Below the pieces are notes generated by a model, which saw nothing but the letters and a program-made list of their open reading frames with translations, searched no databases and had not been told where the DNA came from. From positions 42,098,001 to 42,162,000 of the forward strand of contig OX597838.1 of assembly GCA_951406725.2 (NCBI GenBank): a DNA stretch of 64,000 bases, given 5' to 3'. Position numbers and translations under genes: made by a program. Position 1 is the first letter of the stretch. The number at the start of each line of letters is the position of its first letter. This document shows, piece by piece, positions 12,480 to 22,592 of this stretch. Origin of the DNA: Octopus vulgaris. Its lineage: Eukaryota.

Positions 12480-14057
12480 ATAGTTAATGGGTTGTAAACA
12501 CAGCTCAAAATTATTTTTCTGTATTTCAAAGCAGGAAAACTCTGAGAATTTTCCCCCAACTTAGTCACCGCACCTCTGTATGATAAGGCTTGTCACCAAA
12601 CTCTGAATCTATTTTCGGCAAATAAACACTGAAATTGGTGGGGATTAAAACCTTTGGCCCTAATAAAGTTGATGGTTTGTGTGACAGTGCTCATTACATG
12701 TTCCATGTTTAGGACTTTACCACACAGCAATCCTTGGTGTATGATGCAGGGATATGCTATCAACTCACCAGTATAGTCCTCCTGCATCGTTAACCACATC
12801 CTTCCTCCTTGTCCACTTTTTTTGCTGCACATCGCCATTATAAGTCCAACAAGTTTGCTCCAAGCCAGATTCACATCAGTTATACTTTGACATATGTTGT
12901 CAAAAATGTCTTTTCCTGTCATTGTCTCATGAATGGATTTCATGTCCAATATTTCTTTTGTAACATTTAAACTGGAGTCCACTCCATGGATGAAGATGGT
13001 GAGCTGTGCAGTGTCAGCCAATCATTACTTTCAACAACAAGAGAATATGCAACAAAATCTTTGTCCTTTTCAATCAGTGACCATCTCACAAACTCAATCA
13101 GCAATTGTATTTCTGCTAAGGCTTACATTTGCAAACATCTCCTTTTCGTCTGGACACAAGCCGTCACACAAAAACATCCGCTGTGATGTTAGGTTCCTCT
13201 TCAATTCTTCTGCCTTCATCATCATCATCATAATCGTTTAACGTCTGCTTTCCATGCTAGCATGGGTTGAATGATTTGAATGAGGGCTGGCAAGCCTGAT
13301 GGATGCATCAGGCTCCAATCTTGATCTGGCAGAGTTTCTACAGCTGGATGCCCTTCCTAACGCCAACCACTCCGAGAGTGTAGTGGGTGTGTTTTACGTG
13401 CCACCAGCACGGGGGCCAGTCAGGCGATTCTGGCAATGACCTCGCTCAAATCTTTTTACACGTGCCAGTGAAGCGACGTTGGTAACGATCACGCTCGAAT
13501 GGTGCTCTTGGCACCCTGCTCTGCAATTTGTCTTGATTAGTCTTGTAGTGCCTTCGTAGATTATATTCCTTGATCACAGTCACATTATCTCCACAAATTA
13601 GACACACAGGTTTACCGCCAATATCAGTAAACATATATTGAGCCTCCCAGTGGCATTGAAAGGCTCTGTTTTCAGAATCAACTTTTCTCTCGGTCATTTA
13701 CTAGCTAGCTTTGATTTAAAATTAAGACTGTGCATCTATTGATAGACGATTGATATGGCATAAACGGGAAGGAGTGATGCAATATCTGGGCACTACACTA
13801 CTTTCATCTCTTATGTGCCAATCTAAAATGAGCAACAGGATGTTGCTAGGTTACTGTAATGATGAACATCCATGCACTACACAACTTTCATCTTAACTTG
13901 TTCTGATCGATGCAGGAATGCTCTCTGGCAGCTTTTTGTTCGACAAGGCTGTTAAATTGTGGTTTGCACTTCATATTGCCAGGCCATTAAAAAATATTTG
14001 TCTAAAATTCTGTCGTGGGCCAGATGTGGCCTGCAGGCCTTGAGTTTGACACCTGTG
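12480..14057 (-). mobile_element. Truncated hAT-Charlie (SPIN/OC1/GTF2IRD2-like) DNA transposon
   Basis: ORF pieces RKVDSENRAF..W...KPVCLIC...KEYNLRRHY, DTAQLTIFIHGVD, CIIHQ..LC and NFIRAKGFNPHQF. Terminus CACAGGTGTCAAACTCAAGGCC at 14057 lies next to a Charlie-type target site CTCTAGAG (14058-14065). Confidence 0.88.
13217..13515 (-). mobile_element. RTE 3'-tail repeat inserted into the hAT ORF
   Basis: (CAT)n followed by CGTTTAACGTC.GCTTTCCATGCT...CTGGATGCCCTTCCTAACGCCAACCACTCCG. Confidence 0.8.
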
Positions 14058-14541
14058 CTCTAGAGAGACAAAGTTTCAGCAATGTTTATATCCTTAGAGG
14101 ACACACACACACGTGTGAAAGAGATAGTCCCCCCCACCGCCCACTAAATTCTTTTGTTTGATACAGGATAATGGTAGATGTTTAAAGTGTTGCACATTGG
14201 GATCAAACCCAGAACTGTGTAGTCACATAGATAACATTTTAACTCTCCGGTTACTCTTAACCTTATTTTTGTCATGGCTCCCTTAAGAACTCTGTTCAAG
14301 TTTCCAAGTCTCCCTGTGGAACTGAGTAAATTTCTTCACCTCATTTCCCCAACACAGACAGACAATCGGTGACTCAGTTCAAAAATATCCGTCTCCTCGT
14401 AAATAAAGACTGAGTGTCTTATTCTTGGATTTATACATTTGTAACTTACTCAACCCACCAGGGGTCCTGGAAGGATGAAAGACAAAACTGACCAGAATCA
14501 TGGGAAGTGGAACTTAAGGATCAAAACTAAATACAATGCAT

Positions 14542-15640
14542 GGATCTGTTCAGTTTGGCTCACAGATTTTTTTATTAAATTTTTTTTTAACTAAACAGTC
14601 TGAAACTTTGTATACTGGTGGAATGTCTCATGCAGAACATGGTTTACTTTGAACATTTTTGACAAAATTTTGTATTTTAGAAGTTATTTCGTGTTAAAGT
14701 TGTTGTATTTGGGTAATTTCAACCAACCAACGACGTGTATTTGGTTGAAGAAAGCTACTGCTGTTTGCGATTGTAATCAAGGAAGAACAACTTCTGGGTC
14801 ATCTCTACTAAATATCACCACTCTGTTCTATTCGTATGTCCAGTGAAGACGATGCCACCTTTATCCTTTCTAGTCAACACCGTGCATTCCTTACTCTTTT
14901 CCTATCAACTAGCAACCAGTGAGCAAACTTGTCACAGCCACTACAATTACTGTATTTTCCGGTGTCTAAGCCACTAGTTTTGTTTTACCTTTGTGTTTTG
15001 ATGATGTTATTTTTAATCTAATAAAGACTTTTATATTGACGAAATTTGTTGATTATAATGAAATAAAATCATGACAATAACAATACATCTCATAGATGTA
15101 AAATAAGGCATTTTGAAACTACGTCAACAACAAAAAGCTAGCTGTGGACTGGTAGCTCTATAGGTCTTTTAAACACTGGTGCACTTTGTGTGTGGATAAA
15201 ACACTGATATGGGACAAACAAATGAATATATGTAAAGAATCTTATTTTTTCCTTCCTGGTGTTGATTCTTCAATGTTTACTGGTGACTCTGACGCGAGAA
15301 CAAAAAAAAAAAAAAAAAAGAAAAAGCATGCAAAATGCAACACAGGCAGGAAACAAAAAATAAAATAAAACAGAATGGTGACATTTAGGAGAGATGACCC
15401 AGAAGTTGGTGCTCTTCTTTCGATCACAATCGCAAACAGCAGTAACTCTCTTCAACTGAATACACGTCGTTGATTGTTACTCAAATACGACAACTTTAAC
15501 ACGAAATAACTTCTAAAATACGAAAGTCTGTCAAAAAGTAAACCGTGTTCCGCAGGAGACATTCTACCAGTATACAAAGTTTCAGACTGTTTAGTTTAAA
15601 AAAAAAAATCAGAAATCTGTGAGCCAAGCTGAACAGATCC
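14542..15640. mobile_element. Merlin-like foldback MITE with ~290-bp TIRs
   Basis: GGATCTGTTCAG(T/C)TTGGCTCACAGAT at both ends in inverted orientation; homologous to 24829-26268. Confidence 0.75.
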
Positions 15641-15914
15641 CAATTTCCACCAAACCTTTACTGTTTTTCGTTTTTCATTAAATGAAATATTCCTTCCATT
15701 TCTGTGATTGCATTTTGTTCTCCGACAGAAGCACATCGCTCCCGATGTTCTATTGTTTAGCTCCAAATCAGCCTCGATCGAGCAGACTTACTATGATCAA
15801 AAGCTTTTCCAACGGGAATCGACCCAACCACAAATACCTAAGATGCCACACTATCCAATGTGTCATTTCTCTATGACGGTAACGAAGGATCTGAGGGAGA
15901 TTCGGCTGCTACTG

Positions 15915-16423
15915 CAGATTGGTGCCCATTCGAATTTGTTTCCCTATAAGTTTCTGACAAACACATATTTTAAAATTAAATTTTAAAGATACGCTTTGGA
16001 AGGTAATGTCGATAACTTTAAAAACTCGCCAGAGATTTTCAGTTTTGGATAATTGCTTTCCCCCCCTCGCGATTTTCCTTCCTCATAACGCTCTTTAAAA
16101 AGCACATTTTTTTAATGACATTCTACAAAGATACGTTTTCAAAAGTGTACATTACATAATATTGATGATTTAGACATAGGTCTGAAAAGCAAAAAAAAAA
16201 AAAGGAGAAAAGTGCTAAAATTACCAAAGTTAGTGGTAACGAAATCTGGACAAGGAAAAAAAAACCGATTTGAAACTTCTTCGAAAAAGCCTTTTTTGTC
16301 TAAATTTTACCAGCATAAATGTGATTTAAATCCGCGAAAATATATTTCTGAAAAATGTCATTAAAAAATATGCACTATTCAGAAAATTGTGAAGAAACAA
16401 AGTCAAAGTGGGGCACCAAACTG
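15915..16423. mobile_element. Tc1/mariner-type MITE
   Basis: Imperfect ~28-bp TIRs CAGATTGGTGCCCATTCGAATTTGTTT / AAACAAAGTCAAAGTGGGGCACCAAACTG, flanked by tg and ta. Confidence 0.45.
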
Positions 16424-17988
16424 TAGATAGGCCCGATGCTCCGCGTTTACCTAAATACTGTAGATTAATAATCATCTCTTGGGTAGCCTCAAGGCCTATA
16501 GATTAACGATATACATTACTATCAAAATTGACAATGATAAATAAATAAATGTCAATAACTATCGTATATAATGAATAACTGACCCTGTGATCTAGTTCCT
16601 CGTGTGTTCACTAATGAGCCACATGGCCATGATACCAACCAGAATATAAGGAATTTATAAAACCGATGACGCGGCAAAATAAATATTTCAAATCTATAGA
16701 TTTTATCCTATAATAACAATATAAATTTGAAAAATCATAAGCCATCAAATTTGCGAGGGTGATGCGTTAGTTGATATAAAAGAATTCGGATCTCAGCAAA
16801 TAAATATTTTCGAACAAGGCCGAGTGCAGCAAAGTGGATTTGAAAGAAATATAAAAAAAAATCGCAAATGTCCCCTCAAATAATTTCCCCGATCCTCTTA
16901 AATAAAGAACAAATTCGACAATGTAGTTTCTTTATGTATCTATACACGTATAAGACAAGATGGTCACAATTGGAACGGTTTTGATCATAGATCCAACCGA
17001 ACACGGAGGCGATTTCCGGCTTTATGTTTAATAAACACCATATGTACACCTAAAATATATGAAGACGGGTATCCTCGCTACCACGGTCCTAAGATCACGT
17101 TGGTCTTTTACTAGGGTCCAATAGATAAGCATCCCGGGGGAGGGGGACACTTATGTAGGTATATCTTCTATATATATATTATACTTGGTCGGTGGTAAAG
17201 AACACGTACACCACCCTGAAAAGCTTAACTAAAATGCCAACCCTAAACACCGGGTATACGTAGTCTTTACTTTCGCCACATCTACAAATTTGTGCCGGCA
17301 AGTTTATTACGGGCAAGAAGTTCAGTCGACCCACAGCGAAATCTGGACATGGAACAAGAAATACATTGAAATAAGGAATTAATCGGTTTTACATTAAGAT
17401 ATTCATTCGTTTAAAAGAATTAATGAAAATAACAAATCCAAAAACGAAGTCGCAATCCCTTTGTAACTCAACGAGAAAGACATGAATACATAACATTTAT
17501 AAGGCTTATATAATAGGGGCAATTTGGATTTAAAGGCATAGAAACGAAGAAGCGCAGCCAAAAGAGAAAATTTGAATTTAAAACCGTGAAAGAAATGAAA
17601 TAAAGTCGAAACGCCTCAACTGGAAACTCTGATTAAATCTAGAAGAATAAATGATTAAATATTGAGACATCGCTTTTAAAATGGAGCTAATTCAGTGTTT
17701 TATGAAAAAGTTGGTTTTTGGATAAATTAATGTTTTTTGTTTTTTTTTCCCAAGATTTTTTCTCTTTTAAAATGTTTTTGGCGTCTAAAAAGTTGTTTTT
17801 GGGAAAGTTTTGGTCGAATAAAAGCGAGAAGTGCGAGGAAAAAAAGTTGTTTTGCTGAGCTTCCATAGAAAATCGACCAATAACAATAAACATTTGTGTT
17901 GTATCTCGTAAATGATTAAATATGAAAAGAGAAAAGGAAATAAATGCCGAGTTATTCGCGGCAAGAAGAAGACTTTTCCCATTTTTAC

Positions 17989-18070
17989 CTTTTTGCGACG
18001 AGCGAAGCGTTGAAATATTGTTGTTGTTGGTCAACAAGGTGACACGCATACAGAGCCACCACTTTTAGTT
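17989..18070 (-). other. TRMT2A: Candidate non-coding first exon of TRMT2A
   Basis: The ATG exon begins with an acceptor, so an upstream exon is required. A donor AAG|GTAAAA lies at 17989/17988 in CpG-rich, repeat-free sequence. The TSS position is only approximate. Confidence 0.5.
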
Positions 18071-18330
18071 TACCATAGCGGTATCCTCTGTCTTTTTTAA
18101 TATCGATAAGATATTACAGTTTAAAACGAGAAACATTTTTTTGAACAATATATTTAGATCTATAAAATTCAAAATTCAATATATTGAATAGAAAAAAAAT
18201 ACAAAACCAAAATAATCTCACCTTCTCCGAAACTACAAAATGACTCGTTAGTTCCCCTGCTTTTGAAACCAGCGGGAATCTTTGTCCAGAGGAGATTGTC
18301 TTTTATAATCTTTAACCATCTGCATCGAAA
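17990..18330. promoter_or_regulatory. Putative bidirectional promoter of TRMT2A/RANBP1 with a DRE palindrome (TATCGATA, 18101-18108)
   Basis: Lies between the candidate TRMT2A exon-1 donor and the RANBP1 ATG; repeat-free; perfect DRE motif. Confidence 0.55.
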
Positions 18331-18345
18331 ATGGCTGATGACAAG
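18331..18345 (+). CDS. RANBP1: RANBP1 first coding exon 1a (MADDK)
   Basis: aaaATGGCTGATGACAAG|gtaaat; phase 0 matches exon 2. Confidence 0.75.
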
Positions 18346-21300
18346 GTAAATTTCCACTTTGATGGATTTTACAAATATTCTTCTTGTTTTAGAAATATTC
18401 TTGATGCATTCTTGCTTGTTGTTCTAGACAAATACTATGTTTTAAACTTTTATATAAAGAATAACGTGGTTGGGGGTTAGAGTTTTAACTTATCTCCAAT
18501 TGTTAATAATTCTGCAAGAAATATCCTATCCTTATGTCTCTTCTCCTTTAAACTAGTTTTATAATTTAATATGGCTTACAAATTATCCCGTTATTGTTTT
18601 ATTTCCAATATCAAACCCCGAACGACCCCTTCGTTCCCGAAGCCTTTCTCTCCTCAGATGAATGGATGAAGAAGCTTTACCACAATTTCAAACTTTGCTC
18701 CTGCAAAAACCACTTTGAACCGATTTCTATTCCAGTTTAATGCCTCCGCAGCTCATCAAGTGTTGTTGAAGTGTGTCTATGTTAAAAATAAAATGTCTAA
18801 ATATTCTCCGAACCCATTTTACTGCCAGACGTATTTCTTCAGACTCCAAGACTCGTGTCTTGTGCTGAATCCTGAGAGGCGCCTAATTTCTCTGTTTCTC
18901 TCTAGAATAATGTAAATACTTCCATTCACAGACACACTGCTGCTCTTCCATCTTCTATTAAACACAAACAAATCTGCGACCAGTGAATGTTGCTCCTCAC
19001 CATTCTCTTCATAATTATTATTATTATTGTCTCTTTTCTTCTTTTTTATTTATTAAAACTGAATTTCTTGCATTCTTAGAAAGTTTCTTAGATTCATTTC
19101 GCTTTCGCTTCGATTTTACAATCTTATAAATACTAAATTATTTTGAAGCAAACTTGAAGCATTCTTGGAGTTACCATTTATTTGAAAACCTTATTCATTC
19201 ATCTTTTATTTGCTTTCACAAAACATTTTTCGTTGCTCTTTTCTTTTCTCGTTTACATCCACAAATTATTTGCTCTAAATTTATCAACTTCCAGACGTTT
19301 TATTAACTCTCTTTCGCTTTTCTTCCCCTGAAATTATCCACCATTTACTGCAAACGAACTTTTCCTTTCCCCCGTCTTCTTTGCTATTATTACCCATCAG
19401 TGGTTTTTTTTTTGTTGTTGTTTTTGTGGTGGTTGGGGGAGCAGGGTTCCCCCCCCCTCTCGACACTTCTGCCATGGTTTCCATATTGGTAAGTCATTCA
19501 AAAACTCACGCACACAGATCCTCACCCCTCTCTTCGTCTTTCCTTCAAACATGCCTCCGTGTTTTTCTATCGCAACCGAGATCAACGATTGTAAAAATAA
19601 ATAAATCCTCTAAACTATATTTTTAATCATTTGAGGCGTCCATAAAGATAAAAGACATTATTATTTCCCAGGGGTGTGACGCAAGTGTACCCTAAATCCC
19701 GGCAGTGGGAGTGCTTATTATTTGGCAATAGTACAAAGAATCCAAAGCAACAAGCCTATATCATCTTGCCCATTAATTTTTTTTTTTTTTGTTCTTTGGT
19801 TATTATGGACGTGAGATTGCAACATAAGATACTGAAATGTTTTGCGAATTTTATTCGTTGTCTGGAACAGCAGGGAGTGTTTTATTATATTTTCGTATTT
19901 TGTTTTCATTGGCAAAATATAAGCATTGAATGCCAGCAATTACGATCAAATTATAGTTTGTTCGTTAGGCTGTGTGTAATAGAAGCAGTGCCCCCCATAA
20001 CCTATTGTATACTCCTATGCTGGAAGACAAGTTTAACTGGATGAAGTTAAATGAATTTCTGCTCTAAAACCGAATGAGTAAATCAGAAGGAAGCCATTGT
20101 TGTTTTTATTGTTTGAAGTTGATGCCTGATTTGTGTTGGTTGTGATTTCAGGTGAAAACCATTGAGAATAATGCTGAGGATGTTGTTGAAAGTCCAGAGA
20201 TACATTTTGAGCCAATCGTGCAGCTTGCCCCAATTGATGTGAAAACGATGGAGGAAAATGAAGAGGAACTTGTCAGACTGTAAGTTGTATTGGTTTTTCT
20301 TTCTATATATATGATGGGGGCCTGTAGCTGTGTGTGCTCATATTACCTTGTACAGGTGCACCAGGGATTTTCAGGTGTCATTGATTCCAAAACCTTGAAC
20401 TAAATGTTTTGCTGTATCATCCTTGGCCACATAACCCTAAACTCGGATCTTTTCGGTTTGAACGGCAGTTTTTTCTAGTGGTGTCATGAAATTGTCACCC
20501 ATAATTATGACCCTAGAATCGATCTATTGCATTTCAATCTCTTTTGGGGTTAGGGGTGAGGGAAGGGTATCTTTTGTTTCATAAACGAGGGACATATTCA
20601 TACGGCACAGAATGTTGTTTACCTCAATAGATGTCATTGATTGGTTGAAGTTGCAGAAATTGAAGAAAAACAAAACAAATATCTTACAAACTATAGAATT
20701 TTCTCAAAGTCAAGAGAAAAAGATGTTTTATAAACACATTCTACCAGTATACGAAGTTTAAAATTTTTTAGTTACCTAGAAATTGTTAAAAACTGCCATT
20801 CAAACCGAAAAGGTCCCTTAACTATTCTATCTCTTTCCTTCTCATCCCAAACGATAAACAGATGCCTTAGATATTGCACAGCTTACAGTCCTTCTGTATT
20901 CAATAGTCCTATTTGGATTGTTATAGATTGGTGTTTATGTTGGATGCTGCCACTATTGCCTGCTGTTCTTTTATTTGCTCTTAGTCATGGTAAGAGTAAC
21001 TTTAAACTAAATAAAAAGAGGATCTCTAAAATTGTATTGTTATTAATATGTGCATGGTTATTAAGGCATCTAAATACATGGAACACAGTGCCACCTGTGG
21101 TTGCATAGTGAACTAGGCTTGTGGCTGAGAATTTGAAGCTCCTCTTTGTAACTTATCCATAAGATGCTGAGAAATCAATGGTGTACCAGTGGATAGTGTG
21201 TGTGTGTGTATATATATATATGTGTCTGTGTATGTGTATGTATATATATGTGTGTATGTATATATATATGTATGTGTGTATGTATATATATGTATGTGTG

Positions 21301-22264
21301 TATGTATATATATGTATGTGTATATGTATATATATATGTATGTGTATATGTATATATATGTGTGTGTGTATGTATATATATGTGTGTGTGTATGTATATA
21401 TATGTGTGTGTGTATATATATGTGTGTATGTATATATATGTATGTGTGTATGTATATATATGTATGTGTATATGTATATATATGTGTGTGTGTATGTGTT
21501 TATATATGTGTGTATATGCATGTGTGTGTATATATGTATATCATCATCATTATCATTTAGCGTCCGTTTTCCATGCTAGCATGGGTTGGACGGTTTAACT
21601 GGGGTCTGTGAAGCCGGAAGGCTTCATCAGGCCCAGTCAGATTTGGCAGTGTTTCTACGGCTGGATGCCCTTCCTAATGCCAATCACTCCGTGAGTGTAG
21701 TGGGTGCTTTTTATGTGCCACCTGCACAGGTGCCAGACAGAGCTGGCAAACGGCCACGAACGGATGGTGTTTTTACGTGCCACCGGCATGGGGGCCAGGC
21801 GAGGCTGGCAACGGACACGAACGGATGGTGCTTTTACGTGGCAACGGACACGAACGGATGGTGCTTTTACGTGGCAACGGACACAAATGGATGGTGCTTT
21901 TACATGCTACCAGCACGGGGGCCAGGCGAGTCTGGCAACGGACACGAGCGGATGGTGCTTTTACGTGCCAACGGCACGGGGGCCAGGCGAGGCTGGCAAC
22001 AGACAAACGATCGGATGGTTCGCTTAACCACAGCTGCAATTTCCACTGATGTTGATTTATATGTATATATATATGTGTATATATATGTGTGTATATATAT
22101 GTGTGTATGTATGTATATCTGGCAACGGACACAAGCGGATGGTGCTTTTACGTGCCAACGGCACGGGGGCCAGGCGAGGCTGGCAACGGACAAACGATCG
22201 GATGGTTCGCTTAACCACAGCTGCAATTTCCACTGATGTTGATTTATATGTATATATATATGTG

Positions 22265-22301
<37 letters not shown>

Positions 22302-22475
22302 ATGTATGTATATCTGGCAACGGACACGAGCGGATGGTGCTTTTACGTGCCAACGGCACGGGGGCCAGGCGAGGCTGGCAACGGACAAACGATCGGATGG
22401 TTCGCTTAACCACACCTGCAATTTCCACTGATGTTGATTTATATGTATATATATATGTGTATATGTATATATATA

Positions 22476-22506
<31 letters not shown>

Positions 22507-22519
22507 GTGTATATGTATA

Positions 22520-22592
<73 letters not shown>

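Larger units (their letters stand above)
9939..14447. repeat. Pair of ~110-bp inverted repeats (9939-~10051 and ~14339-14447) enclosing the RTE and hAT remnants
   Basis: AAGTTACAAATGTATAAATCCAAGAATAAGACAC...TGAACTGAGTCACC.ATTGTCTGTCTGTGTT and its reverse complement, nearly identical. Confidence 0.8.

Noticed and set aside
12593-13697. Possible domesticated GTF2IRD2/ZBED-like host gene
   Set aside because: It is frameshifted, interrupted by a retroposon and truncated, and still carries a TIR, so it is a dead transposon.
21780-22440. Repeat-spacer pattern superficially like a CRISPR array
   Set aside because: Eukaryotic intron; the units are RTE-UTR subrepeats, the 'spacers' are microsatellites, and there are no cas genes.
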